From the NCBI GenBank assembly GCA_002633005.1, contig NMRA01000117.1, positions 208,692 through 272,691 on the forward strand: a stretch of 64,000 bases of DNA. The letters run 5' to 3'. Under the pieces are notes generated by a model. It had not been told where the DNA came from. It did not search any database and saw only the letters and a list, made by a program, of their open reading frames with translations. Positions within the stretch are counted from its first letter, which is position 1. The number at the start of each line of letters is the position of its first letter. Shown piece by piece: positions 1 through 14,595 of the stretch. The translations under genes and the position numbers were made by a program. Source of the DNA: Phoronis australis. Lineage: Eukaryota > Animalia > Phoronida.

Positions 1-687
1 CAAATATTGCTTTATCAATGTTTGGGGAAAATACTCGCATTTCAGACGATTTTGGAAACTTTGGACTCTGAGGACAAAAGGAAACTTCGAACAAAGGAAA
101 CTTTGGCAATCACATTTATCCGAATTTAAGATTTCATCATACATCAACTCGACTCTGCTTCCTAAACTGGTAAAGATAAATCGTGCAAAATGTCACAAAC
201 CTTTTCATGCCAAAAGAGAAAATTATTCATACCCTAACATTTACTGGTAATTCAATTTTCAAAGGGTTGGCCAATCCTCCCAAAATTGGTCTCCTCAATA
301 GTGAAGAAATCTTTCAATCTTTTTTGATAACATAAACCAACAGTAAACATGGACATACAGTAAACATGGACATATAACTTTCTAAGCCCTTTCTCATACA
401 GTTAAGTATGCTACTACTGAAGCTTCTGTGTTAACTGTGGTTAACCGTGAAGTTAAACACCAGCTTCGGAGTTATAATTCAGTTAAGTTACCGAAAGGCA
501 GTGCCTTGCTGTTTTTAACAGTGCTTGCCATAAAAAATGACCTTTCCCTCTCCTTTAATGGAAACTATAACATCAATTTCACAACGCAGACACCACATTG
601 GGACGATGACCATGAATTAGAAAATGACATACCCGGTATTAAAAAATTTGACTCTTGATCAGGTTTACAGCTAATCCTAACAAAGCC

Positions 688-735
688 GGTATGGCATGGC
701 GGGAACTAGTTGGTATGGCATGGCGGGAACTAGTT
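688..735. repeat. Tandem duplication, 24 bp x 2
   Basis: ggtatggcatggcgggaactagtt twice. Confidence 0.9.
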
Positions 736-3700
736 TCGCATACACTACATGTTCAGATTTTTTTAAAATGCAGCATATAGGTGGATATTGAGACAGAATG
801 CTTTTACTGCCAAAATATTAACTATTCGAACAAATATTAACAAACAGAAACTAGTCACCGACCACTGTTGGAAAATGCAAGCAGCTACACCTGTCGATTA
901 CTCTGATGGCATCAAAGTCAAGTGTTCCCATTGTAGCAAAGCCTCGACATTTCGCTGTTAAATCCACCTCCAAGTTAACCTGAGCTGTTAACTTGGAGGA
1001 TTCAACACCAAAGTTAAGTGTCCCCATTGGCAGAAGCTTTGGAGCCAGAGGGAAAGGCCTTTTCAGCACTGTGAGAGCACTGAAACAACTTTCACGTCAC
1101 ACAATTTCAAATGCTGTTGAGCAAGACAGACCAAGCTGACTAAGATAAAACGAGATTTCTTTCATTCACAAACATTTTGGAGTGTTGCACTTTTTGCCAG
1201 AATCATTTGAGTATTACACAGCATAACTGGTGATTTCATAGCATGATGGTTGCAAAGGATTTATAAAAATAGCAACACATAGCATTCATATGCATCCATT
1301 ACTGCACAACAATAGGTGTGCTTCTAGAGGTCTTTGCATTGTTCTACACAACAGAAAATTCAAACTCTACTGGTGATGATGTTCATGTTCATATGTGAGA
1401 GATTTGCAATATGTCCACTGAACTAGTGCCAAACATCCAGAAGGTCCGGTTTTGCAAACAAAATGACTAATTCAAGTCAAACTCAAGTTAGTTGCACTGT
1501 TTTTCAAACTAGACACTGGTGAGTCAGAGCTCAGATTGTTTGATATATCTGAGGTCAGAGCAAAGAAAATCACTGCTGCCATGAGCCAAGTGATAATTCA
1601 TTAATATTCCTTCTTCACACTCTGTAAAAAATGGAACTATATTTTTCTGTATCCATACGACATACTTTGAAATCCAATTTTGCATGTGCAGGGAACCCAG
1701 ACAAACTGTATTCACACTAGGGTGTTGTTTTCGGTAGGTACCCCACTGTTCCCTAATATCAAAACTATCGTGTAATTTTGCACATGATACAAAAATTACA
1801 CCTGAATTTGAAATTTTATATAATTTCGGCAGTAATGAAACTTCGAAGCAGTGATCTTTCAAAGTACTGAATCTTCCGAGTAATTTGAAGTTCCCTCTTC
1901 CCAAATGCAGCTAGTAGTCATTAAATCTAGTTCAGTATGCACTGTTATGCCATAACCATCAGAATCTTCACACTCTACATAAGGAAGCTTACAAGTACTG
2001 TCTGACACAGGTGCAACACAAGGATTTATGAGAAAAACAATTGAACCATAAAAGTCTAAAGGGTACTGGGCTATCACTTCCACAGTTTACAAAGCAATGA
2101 ATATGCATATAACAAGCCTCCAAGAAAAGGTGTTATTCTTGAAATGCATGAAACAAAAGAAAGATCACTATATTGATCAAGTAAACATTCGGTAAATCCT
2201 TAGTTGTAATTTCCTTGAGGACAATGCCTTCCAGAGCAAATACCATCTGTTGGTGATTTTAGTGAAGCCAAGGAATTCCTTGTTAGGTCACAAGCTTAGC
2301 TAATACACAAATCTGATGAATGAAAGATAGGGTCCAGTAGACAACTGGGAAACTTGGGGACTAGTTTAACACAAAGTCTCACTTAGAAAACTTCACCTGA
2401 CCTCATCAATTGATCCTGGATACATTATCACACCTTTCAAACAATTCATGACCAAGCATTCATATTCTCATCCATATTTTCACTGGCAAACAAGGTTTAA
2501 ATGCGATTATTAAAACAACTGACTAATAGGGTGCCCCCCCCCCGAATTTTTTCGCAGCATATAAAAAGCTGGCAGGGAAATTCGGGCACCTGTTTTTTTA
2601 TCAAATCACAGTTTTTGTATGTTTTTCTATTGCAGTTACATATAAATTGTATTAAGTGTCAAGTAAGTTCAAGTTCATGTACATGACAAGGAATCAAGTG
2701 ATCTGAATATAACTAGGAAAAGATAGTGTACCTACTGCCGACTTCAAGAGTCACCATGCGAAGCAGACGACAGAGCAATGTAAAGTGCTGAACACGCGTC
2801 ATATGTGTTGAAACTTTGTTGTAATTCAAGTAAGTGGTAAATAAATTCCTACAATTGTTCAAGGAATTGAATTACCTGTCATTTAGTGGTAAGGTAGCTT
2901 GGTTGTTATTATAGTTGACACTACCCGAATTTTACCGCCGTCCAAGTTTCCCCGAACTACCCCTATCTGTCAAAGACAAACTCAAGATAAAAAAGTGGGA
3001 ATTGTTGATGCCCACACATCAGAACTGTGTGACATTTTATTGGCATCATATCATTGCAATTTATGGGTATTTACAAGAAAATGTTATTATTTAAAGAAAC
3101 CAGACACACATACAGGACACAAGTGTCAGAATGTCAATAGAAAAATGATCAAGTCTAGCTAGTTCCCGGTAGAACACAATGCAGCCTCTGGCAGCCATGA
3201 TGAGGTATTGCGTTTTAGAAATTGCTGAATACACCATGTCTCTAAAATATAGATGTGGCAAAGTACTACTGCAAACTATTCACTGTTTGGCAGTATAGTG
3301 AATGCAAACAATTAAGATGATACTGATCAGTGAAACTATATCTTATATTAGATTAAGCCACATGTTGAGAACTTCCATGTCCTGTGCTTTTGACTAAAAA
3401 CAAAAATGGTGTCCTCGTGCACATGAATAGGTTTGGACTATCCACAGATAAAAATGTTGCTGTGTTTGTCATTAAAGCAAGGGATCACAAAACACAAACA
3501 AGCTAAATTCACGGCTGTTGGTCACATCAAATACGGTATGGATTGTGAAGTGCAAAGCAAAGAGCATAGCAATAAGACAGTTGGCCTGAATATAGTCCCT
3601 ATCTTATCACTTGATTTAATGTCAAAATGCTCTATGACAGCAGGTTATTAGCTGTGATGGTCAATAGCCAGAGTACTTAAGTATATCAAGGTATAAATAG

Positions 3701-6018
3701 ATGCAGTGGTAGAGTAAAAGCTGGAACAATTTCTAATGTGTTATCAGACACGCTGGAGACATCATAAACAGTTGTACCATGTAGTGTGTAACACTGCAAT
3801 CAAAGAACAATGAAGAATTCATAATTCATCAGACTGAATTTATCGTACTGTAATAATTCTTTTGAAACGAGCCATTCATTTTATCACTTTCACTTCATGA
3901 CATGGTCATAAGCACACTATCTGAGGAACTTGTCATTGGCAATACACAAAGATATGGTCAATGACATGGAAAAATTGAACAGAAAAAACAACCATCTGAA
4001 AGTACCAAGATACGATTTGAAATTTGATTTTGTAACCTGAAAAACTCCAAAACAAGTCAACTGTATATCTTAACTTTCATGTTCGAGTCTGACCAGTCAC
4101 ATACCTTTCAAAAACATCCAGTGTTCTTCACAACTGAAAATTCTCATGTTAGTTGGAAACATGCAAACGCACCGAAAGTTCAGGAAGCATGCAGCGTTTG
4201 ACGTTCTCTATTCAAATGTATGTGTAGTTGTACTGAAGCACGTTTACCCGCCTTGTTACATGACCTACTGGAACAGCCATGCACAGCAGAAGCAGAAAAA
4301 ACAAGTTAACATTTGGCAAACTTTTTTTAACAAAATGATGACAATTTTTATTTACCGAGCAGCCTCCACAACAGGAAATCCAAACTTGTCGAAGGCCATA
4401 CAAACATGTTACAAGTGGTGTCAACACAGGTCACAATGATATGTTACAACAGGTCATTGAAAACTCTAAACATAGAAACTTTGAGTACTTCTAGGTTTAA
4501 TTTATCATGTCAGTCAACGGAAGGAATAGATTAAGACTACACTTGAGCAAGCAAATCAAAGACATCAACAAAGCTCCAATCAAAAGCATGGACCAAGCAC
4601 TATGACATCATTGAATATTATATAACAGTTGCAAAATATTTTAGAATATACTGCATCTTTCAGGTCTAAATGTGACAGTAAAAAGCACACAAAAGGAGGT
4701 CTTCACCAGATCTTCATGAAATTTGGCAGATGTTATTTTCCTATTAAAGAGTAAGGTAGATTCATTTTATCGGTATTTTCAAAGTACTGCATGCCCTAAT
4801 GACAATCCATATTGTTTTTGCTCTCTACCTGTTTCTGCCAAACCCCTGGCTTGACCATGTCATTTGTTCACATGCAGGAGACCATGCCTTACATTTATTT
4901 TCAGATGGCTCCAGACTACAGCTGTGTCTCCTTTCGCCAATTAGTTTTGGGGTCTGTTTCATTGATGGTCCTTCACCAGCATTAACAAGGTATGTTTCAA
5001 ATGAGTAAAGATATCAGCCCACTTTTGGATGGCCTAGCTCTTGGCTTTTTGTTGAGACTGAGTAACTGTTAACCGTTGTGGAACTTTTTTCACAAATATT
5101 CACACACTGTAGAAATTCACAACATATTTTTACACAATTGTTTAAACCTCCAACGGGGTACAATTAAGACTGAAACAGGTTGTTTAGAATGAAAATCTGA
5201 ATCCATGTACGCATTGACATAAATTGGAACTGTTCAGCTATCTATCTTTAGCATTTCCATAGCAAAGGTCCAAAGAGTTTCACATTCAATTATTTCCAAC
5301 TGTTAAAAGTGAGACATGTTTATTGACCTATTTTCTGTACCAGCAAATTTCGGGCAATTTTTACATTCCAGAAAACTAAGACATCTCTGTTGAAAGACAT
5401 CAACTGATCGTCACTAATGTGCCATTTTTAAGTCCTATAAAGTATACTTTAATAACAAAAAATTTGCTCAAAACAACTATATATCCCAAGGACTGCTGAC
5501 AGAATTACACAAGCCACTTGACTGCTCACAGTCACTGGGAATGCAGTTTTTTAAGTATTGATAAACAGAACCATAAAATAAGCTCCAATCCATGTGGTAA
5601 TGGTGCTCTTTGTTAACTGAGTCCAAGTGGTTTGCAACTGAAATAGGTTACTGGTTCATAACTATGTAACCCATGACTGTGACAAGATCATGGTCTGCTT
5701 CCATAACCTGACCATAGAGGTATATGTCAAGGATAAGTTTCATTGGGTTCTTGAGACTGCTGTCTACTATACAGACACAGTAGGTCTGAATCAAAGGATT
5801 GCCTCTAGGACCATCTGATCTGCTAGCACATATTTTACTATTACAGCTGAAATCCCACTTTTCCCCCATTTTCCTACTTCCTTATTCATAACCAACAGAA
5901 TAGAACTTCACAACAGGTCAGGGGTTTTCTGTTAGCTTCCATTCTATGTCATGAACATTTGGCCAACACAACCTGACGAATGTTGTCACAGTCAACACAT
6001 ACTTCTTCATGCCTGTGT

Positions 6019-6092
6019 GACAATATGTGCAGTAAACACTCCCTTAGATGACAATATATGCAGTGAACACTCCCTTAGATGACAATATATGC
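6019..6092. repeat. Tandem repeat, 31-bp unit x ~2.4
   Basis: gacaatat(g/a)tgcagt(a/g)aacactcccttagat repeated. Confidence 0.85.
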
Positions 6093-8032
6093 CACAACGA
6101 TATTACAGAACATATTCCCGCATTTTATATATACCGTCGCCCCTCTCCCCATATATTTCGAAAGGCAGTCCACTTTTCAGAGTTTTTGAAACATAGGCAC
6201 GGAGTGAGGGAGGCCCAGAAAATTGCAAAAAGTACCTTCAAGAACACGGAAAATTGCTATTAGGATGGGTGACATGGCAAAGATAGGGGAGATGGTAGAC
6301 GATGAAGATAACACTTCACATATATTATACCGTAAGTACCAATTGCGGCTGATTGATGACACATAGCCCTCATGCTTTTCATAACCATAGAAGATGTCAC
6401 ACTCATTTGTGGGATACAATGTAACAGTATAAGTCACAATGGGGGGCTTCTAAAAAGTAACATTTTACTCCTCTGATATTCCAGTATCACTAAACAGTAA
6501 ATTTCAACTCAACCTCAAATAAACACAATAAGACAGAGATTATTCATACTCTCAACAAAATACACGTGTTGATTGTCCAGCGATCTATGGCAATTTCTCC
6601 TCCAAGTTCAAATTTGACTGCAGAGGATTATAAATCACCCATTTTGAGAAAAGTCGCAATGGCAATTTAAGGTTATTTTGGACTTTATTGACAAGTCTGG
6701 TGTTTACAAACATCTATGAAGTCACAGATTTTTAGATTTTAACTTGACAAAGGTACAGTAAAAGTTCCTCAATTACAGTGAAAATAATTGCTAAAATTGG
6801 CATATTTCTATTTTTTATAGGTTTACAACATTGTTCCAAATGGTCAAATTTTACATGTTTTTGGTAATAACTAGGCCAAACAAACCATGCTAAAAGCAAG
6901 GTAAAATTTCCTGAAAAGTTATTTTTGTTCAGAAATTTGACAAAATGAATTTCACCTGTCCGCCATATTGATGATTTTTTTACCATAAAAATTCTCTGAA
7001 AGGAGAAAGCCTGTAGAATTTGATTTTTTCAACTTTTAACCAATCTACCATTAATTGTCTCGTGATCATGTCTTTTTAGTAAAACTCAGTAAAATGAAGG
7101 CTAGATAGATAGCAAAAAAACAGCATTTCATTTGATATAAAACGCTATCACAGTTTTCTATTTTATTGTTTTGTTTTCATTTAATGCAACTTTTGATATT
7201 CTTCATGAAAATCACGAAGTCACATTTTTAAGGCTCCTCATACATTTGTGGAACATGCTATCAGTATATTGGAGAAATAAATATAGTACCTGAAAATTTT
7301 ATTTGAATCCGATCAACCTTTCTGATGTTCCGAAATTAGGCAAAATTCGGACATTTTTCTGGGGACTTACATAAGCTTAAGCCCGTGACAGTGACCGAAA
7401 CTCCCAAGAACAGAGAACTAGCAATATTACTGTGAAAGAAACATAGGGTAAGTCCTTATTCAAATGCAAGTCATTGCTACATACATGGCCTAGCTGTATC
7501 TATTTGTATAACATTAGGTCATGCTTTAAGACATTTCATAGAAATCACAACCACTGAAGAATGTATAACCAGGTATCCTACATTTCCCCAGCAGGTGCAG
7601 CTACAAACTTGGGGTTTGCATAGCATTCCAACAGGCAATCTCAAGATTAAACATGCATGACCCAGGAATTCTAACAATCTGTGTTAATTGGTGTGGAGAT
7701 TAAAAAAAGTTAAGCTGTGTGTTCTACAACCTTACCTCCCAAATTCCATGTATACTCACTAATATGGTAGTGTCATGATAGCTAACAACTTCAAAACTTA
7801 ACATGGTGTCATCGGTTTGTTTACCATGCTTGCCCCTCCGGTAATGGTATAGGGATTTTACTTACTAAAGACACTTATTTGTGATTGGGAATAAAGAAAT
7901 TCTTAGTTGATTACATTAGCACAAAAACATCCATACCTGCAGGCATCACGCATATGCCAGCATCTTAAATACTACTTCTTTTTTACTAGTACTTATTTTC
8001 TGCGTAGTTTAGGTTTTTCTTATCACATAACA

Positions 8033-9465
8033 CAGGGCTCGACATAACGAGCTGCAGGTCGCATTTGCGACCTGAAATTTGGAAATGCGAGCTGAGATTT
8101 TGGCCAGCTCGCATTAAGTCGCAAAATGCGACTTGGAATTTCCAGCGTATGCGAGCTGAGTTTTTAAACTTCGTTTTTAAACTTCGTGGCAGATACCTAG
8201 GAAATATAGAGCAACTCGGGTGATTCCGACCGTTATTTGGTTGTTGCCAAATCAAGTTCAAAAGAACATTCATAGAGAAAAGCGCTCCAGATGACTTGTA
8301 AACATGTCGCATGAACAAGGGAATGCAGAATTAGTCTTTGACGCATTTTATTGACCAATACTTTCGGCTTTTTGCCAATTTCCGGATGTGCCGAAGAAAG
8401 TTTCGGACCTCGGAATAACACGTGATAATACGTCAGAAAGCAGCGGTGTTTCTACTAATTCTTAAACGACGAAATTACCAAGCTTAGTGGTGGAAAAACA
8501 TTTATTTTTCATGTAAGGTGTCCTTAATATCAAATTACGGCAACACCCACGGCAATATGCCTGATTGCACTGCGACACTGGTCGGTTCCACTGTTAGCGC
8601 CGGAAAGCGGTCCCGGCAGACGATCCTCATGACTTGGAAAAATGCTCTCGTTTTTTTTATCGCGAAAGACAGCAAATGTGAAAATGACATCCGAATTAAT
8701 CACCAAACGACGGGCATGTCTTTACGCGCTTTCGGCAGAATAGTAGAAACCCACACAGTCGGAAATCATTCGAGGCTTTTTATGTCATGGAAAACTAATT
8801 GACTACGTACCGGTAATCAGCATAAGTCCCACATTTTTTTGTTGTGAAATTTGCAGTGAATTGTTTCCATGTATCAATATGTCATTCAGCAAGTAGGGCA
8901 ACGTTTCATGAATTTCTTCCGACAGGATATTTTTTCAAACGCTAAGTTGAAAAGTTTGACCTGCGAACAAATGGAAGGAATTTGCACTCAGCAGTTATCA
9001 ATCTTTGGATCTTTAACGACTTTGATGACAGTCATATAGCAAGTCAGTCCTAGAAAAGTCACCGATACTTTTTCAACGCGTATTTTCTTCTTTTTCACAT
9101 TGCACACTTAGCTAATCGAATGCATGTGTCGGTTAGAGAGCACTGATTTAACTTTCACGTCGGCAACTGCCTTGCGCTCCAGGGTCTTTCACTGGATGGC
9201 GCCAGGGAAGAATGGTAACGCGGTGCATGCATGATATGCTTGTAAGAACTCAGTTTTGCGACATGAAATTTTTGAGTATTTAACGTCGCAAGAGCATAAT
9301 CTAGGCATTTTCTTATGACGTAAAAGCCAATTTTGGTCCGTAAAAATGGCGGGAAATTTTCGCGAACTGGAATTTATGAATGCGAGCTGAATTTTGAAAA
9401 TGCGACCTAGGATTTTGGCTTGGTCGCAAAATGCGACCTGGCGATTTTCATAGCGTCGAGCCCTG
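8033..9465. mobile_element. Non-autonomous DNA transposon (hAT-like CAGGG termini), 1.43 kb
   Basis: TIR cagggctcgac / gtcgagccctg, 5-bp direct flanks TAACA (8028-8032, 9466-9470), subterminal tgcgacct/tgcgagct repeats at both ends, CpG-rich relative to flanks, no transposase ORF. Confidence 0.8.
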
Positions 9466-11573
9466 TAACATAATTAAAACACAAAAATACTTTAATAAGT
9501 GAACTTATAAAACATAAAAAACATTGCTTTGATGCCAAGTTTATGAAAATACGACTAAACGGATATCACAAAAACAACAAAAATACCCTTCCACTTCGCG
9601 GACTATTCATGACAAGCTTGCAGATTTTTGTTTGGGAATATTAAAATGAGAAGCCCAGACCTGTAAACTGCCTTCTCATCTTCTGATGGAGCCCATTCAC
9701 AGACGTGACGCCTAAACACAGACTAACCAGACCCATTTTCGCCACAAATTTCTAGTCCAACATTGAATTAATTTCAGTTATGAACCCAAATAATGCACTA
9801 AACTCCACTACATTTGATGAACAGATCTATATAAACATGCCAAGGAACATTTTCCACCATCCCAATTTCCAATACTTTCACTCTTAACAAGACTTTTTGT
9901 GGTTACATCTTGCTCATTGGAAACTGGTGCCAGGATAGACAGTCTTGTCCAGAATAGAATTCTTTTTTCAAGAACCGCAATTCTTTTCATATGAATGCAT
10001 TTCTTTCCTCACAAACCAGGGTTCTCTTCACTCTTTGACAGGAAGCAAAAATATTTACATACCCACTTTCATGTTTACCACACTATGTATCTCAAATTCC
10101 CAGTTCCATGTCTCTGGCAGATTCCATGTCACTGGCACAACTAAAAAATGTTGGCATCAAAGCTGAGGAAGCTGCGCCAGTCACTTTCTTTTAACATTAT
10201 CCTAGATCCAGATGTCTCGGTTTATCATTTTGGAATTTTGGCAATTATGCAACTTATTTATGAGACAAAGAACATGCTGATAATAAGAAAATTGAGGTGC
10301 ACAAGAAAAGAATTCCAGTTACGTAATTATCACAGAGTGACTAAATTATCACTCACCACTTCAACATATACATACTTTAAGAGTGACAATAAGCTAGATA
10401 AATATCTTCGCACGAATGAAAATGATTAATTACAACTACCAAGATTTTCAAAAATGACAAAATTTCGATTTAAAAATGATGCACTACAGCTTTATCATTT
10501 TCCCTATGACTTTGAAAATGAGGTTAAGATCACCAAAATCGATTGGTACCTGGAGGTGGCCCACCTAAACCCTAACTCACAATATCAACCAAATCTTCAG
10601 CATCTTGATAAATGACATCAACAATCATTTGATTTTCTTGCTGTGACTGCAAAATTCGGTTGGCATACTATGGAAATGCATGTAAGCACCATTTTCAAAT
10701 TTGCAATTATAGGGTTCTTGTTGGAAACCTTGTGACTTTGAGTAGCTGTGAACGGACAATTTTTAACATGTGGTCAAGAACATCATATTTATAACAAGAG
10801 TAAATTCAATTTAACTGCAGCAGGCACCAAAGAACATCAGAAAAGGACAATTTACCGGTAGTGAACTCGGGGTTTCTGGTTTTGAGTATTGTAAGTTTTC
10901 GCCAGTTTCCGGCCATAACTATCAGTTACCAAGTAACCCATGTGGATTACCAAGACTGCCCTAAAGTAGAGTAGAGCCAGAATCAGAGGACAATGTTGGT
11001 GGACCAATAGATAAGTCCTCCATCTGTGCTGTCGCCTCTCAGCATGGCTGGTAGACGTGTGACCTTCCCATAACCCTCTGTATGTTACGTATAACTTTAA
11101 GGTGAAAACAGATGGTAACAGTCTATAATCATGATTTATGTCCGAATATTTATCAAACTAAAACAACTAAATGTAGATTTTGACAAAATCAATCAATGAG
11201 CAACGTTAAAATTCTTCATTTAGCTGTTGTTTTCGATAAAGCTATCTTAAAACAGGCCTTCTCTTATCTCTCTTGGCCATGCTGTTATCCTTTTTAAACT
11301 ATCCATCCCAATGACGACCATGGGCAAGGACATGGCCACCAGTAGACAATGACCATCGTCTCTGCTGGCTGCATCATTGTCTAGGCCACTAGATGAGTCC
11401 CTGGTTTGAACTGGAAGGATTTAGAGATTACAAATGCCTTCAAAGGTGTCCACACACAAAGCTATATATACACAGTAAATTGACTTTGATAATTTAGCCA
11501 GGGTTAAACATTATTTGCAGAAAATCTCACGGCGTACATGACTGATGTGCCACTGTCTAATACAGTGGACCAG

Positions 11574-11680
11574 TAATGGTCGGATATCACGTGCCCAAAT
11601 TTTGAGAACCAGTTTTCTCCACTGAATAACAGGCATGAAACTGGTTCTCAAAATAAGGGCACGTAATATCCAACTATTGC
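11574..11680. mobile_element. Palindromic MITE (~105 bp)
   Basis: Arms gatatcacgtgccc-aaattttgagaaccagttt / aaactggttctcaaaat-gggcacgtaatatc; second copy at 62698-62807. Confidence 0.7.
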
Positions 11681-13334
11681 CCAGTGGACCAACAACTAGT
11701 ACAGTATTCAGACTCAGTATTTATTTTAGGTCAGGGAGCGTAATTTGCGAAAATCTTTCTGAAAACAGGATGAGCTAGGATATGCCATCGCCTGGCACTA
11801 GACAAGAACTATCGGTTGACAATTTAGGGTATATCACGGGCCACCAACCCTGTCAAGGCCCATGGCAACCGTTGGTGGAACCATACACCGATTACAGTAT
11901 ATGTTGGAAAACTAGCTAGTCAGGACTCAGTCCGGAGTTTGAGTTTGACAGAGGTCATGCCGTCTGCCTACGAGGGTGGACCACTACGAGGGGAAACGAC
12001 ACCACCAATAAACTTACAAATGGTTCCTGAAGATTGGCCCCCGTCCTTCACCTACATTTAACAAAAATCATCCATAAGAATACTTTTGGACCTGAAGAAC
12101 CTTTGTTTATAAACACAGGCAACTCTCTAACATCGCTGAAATATTGTGGACGAAAGACATTTCCTGTCTAGCGTTGACGTCACCACAAGTGCGACGTCTG
12201 GTGCCTAACACGGAACCTGTTTGATTGAGACCGGCAGTCAAAAACACAGACCGGTTGGAACGCACTTTTGTCGTCATTTAGTGGATTTACTGGCGAAGGA
12301 TAACCAATGTGCGTTCACCACAGTTGCACATCTCGACATTTCACAAATTATGGTGTCCAAGAATTATAAAAAACATCTCTGAAAGTCATGGAAAAAGAAT
12401 ATTGTGTACCAGTATCCATCTACAAGTGCATGAACACGAACAGTAGATTTCAAGCGTCCCTACTTTTTACTGATTTTTTACTTTTTCCTACTTTTCCTGC
12501 TATTTATTTAAAATTCCGAATATTTCATACTTTCAATTATTTTTGTCTGACTGTGTGTGTCACAAGCTTATGCTCTGTGGTGGCATAACTGCGTCATTTT
12601 ATCTTCACTTGAGAATGAAACAAGTATGTTTCGAAATATCTCGTCTTTTAATTATGTCGCTAGGTCAGTTACTTTAGCTATGTTCAGCTGAGAGTGAAGT
12701 TTTGTTCCGAAGGTATGAACGTAACGGAATAAAGACTGTGACCAATGAAAACTGGCGTGCATTTAACCAATTCTGTATAACCGAAAACTTGCTGCCGAAG
12801 TACAGCCTGTCTCACTTATCTGAAACCTCTTGTCGGGCTGCGGGGACCGGGGCAAGCGAGTAATTTAATTTTAGATCATCATGGGCAGGACTATACTGGA
12901 TATAGATAGATATCTTCACAACCATCAGTGCAATAGTTTGTCCTTCATTTTGTTGTGGGTGAAGATTCATCAAAGGCGAAACCAAAACTTTCCATGTTTC
13001 CCTTGGAAGGCTCTCCTTTATTTGGGACGCAGATTAGTTGGGCCCGCGGTGTGTTGTTCTGTCGGGCTCTTGGGTGGGAACTTTAACTTCGTAGTATCTG
13101 TGGTATCATTTTTTATTGGTAAATGGCAAACCTTTCTCATAATTTGTAAGACAGCTCAAGGATTTTCTCAAAAGATGTAGGCCCTATACAATGAAATCAA
13201 GCTAGACAAAGTTTACCCAAAATACTAAACATAAACTGTCTAATTTGTAAATTCAAGTTTTGATACATGGCACAGAACATATTTCAACCTATAGTGAGGT
13301 CCGAACACTTAAGATAAATATCCAGAAATGATTT

Positions 13335-13672
13335 GAGTAGAATGTATTGTCTAGGACCAGTTAGATTAATACTACCGACATTAAAATATTGGAGTAGAAC
13401 GTATTGTCTAGAACCAGTTAGATTAATACTACCGACATTAAAATATTGGAGTAGAACGTATTGTCTAGAACCAGTTAGATTAATACTACCGGCATTAAAA
13501 TATTGGAGTAGAACGTATTGTCTAGAACCAGTTAGATTAATACTACCGGCATTAAAATATTGGAGTAGAACGTATTGTCTAGAACCAGTTAGATTAATAC
13601 TACCGGCATTAAAATATTGGAGTAGAACGTATTGTCAAGAACCAGTTAGATTAATACTACCGGCATTAAAAT
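13335..13672. repeat. Minisatellite, 57-bp unit x ~6
   Basis: Unit gagtagaacgtattgtctagaaccagttagattaatactaccg(a/g)cattaaaatattg, near-identical and head to tail with no spacers. Confidence 0.95.
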
Positions 13673-14495
13673 TTCAAAATAAATTTAGGTATCTTGATGC
13701 TGATGATTGAGGTATTTGGCCGGGAGGTGGCGTTCAAATATCTCAAAAATATGTCGGCTCACTGTGTTTCTGAAAATATAGTAGGGCTACAGAATTCTGT
13801 TCCTGCATGCCGATTAAAAACTTCCCAACCAAACGACAATTATTGACAGTCGATTGACGACAAACTGGGTTATTTTTTATCCATTTTCATGTTTGTTGTT
13901 TTTTTTGTGATGAAAGGGGACACACGACAAACTTTATTGTTTGGGCTTGTGATTACCTGGACTATCTAAATATGACCAAATCACTATCATTTCATACTCT
14001 GATGTTTCACGCACATTTCGGATATTGGAAATTTTGTCGTCTTGTAATTCCTCAGAAGGTCAGTATTTTTAAACTTCAGTACAAACTACGACCGTGAGCA
14101 AAAAAAAATAAATTGACTGTTCCAAACTAGCGAGTTTTACCGTAACACTTGGAAAAGATATTGCTCTCCACATCTTTAAAACGTTGTGGGGAATTATCAT
14201 TTTAGAAAACGAATGATTCATTCCAAGCACGGAACTGACGATTGTACGCAATGCATCTTGTCAGATTTTTAACTCTAGATGTTTAAAGGAAGGACTGTTA
14301 CCAAAGCATATTGGACATATTGCTAGACTCTTGAGCCAGGTCTCCAGCTCGTCAGTTCGGTTTTATGTATATATATTAATGAAGCATAACAATGGCGAAT
14401 AGTGCAATGGGCTCACCTAATCGGCATGCGCATGTCTGGTATAACGTATACCTGACCGCCTGCAATTATTTTTTCATTTAAAGTATATGAAATTG

Positions 14496-14595
14496 CAGTG
14501 GCGGATTTAAGAGGGGCCATGGCCATGTTCGTGGTTATGAATGTTCAGACTAATACTTTGCCATCCCCTAACTCAAAATCCTGGATCCGCCCCTG
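14496..14595. mobile_element. MITE of the CAGTGGCGGA...TCCGCCCCTG family
   Basis: Short TIRs; shared core ccccTAACTCAAAATCCTGGATCCG with copies at 28444, 35408, 37989 and 38837. Confidence 0.75.

Noticed and set aside
4905-4989. Exon-like segment with good + strand splice sites
   Set aside because: No partner exons or recognisable protein similarity.
13333-13710. 125-aa ORF with 19-aa repeats; superficially CRISPR-like array
   Set aside because: Head-to-tail 57-bp minisatellite with no unique spacers; the open frame follows from a unit length divisible by 3; eukaryotic context, no cas genes.
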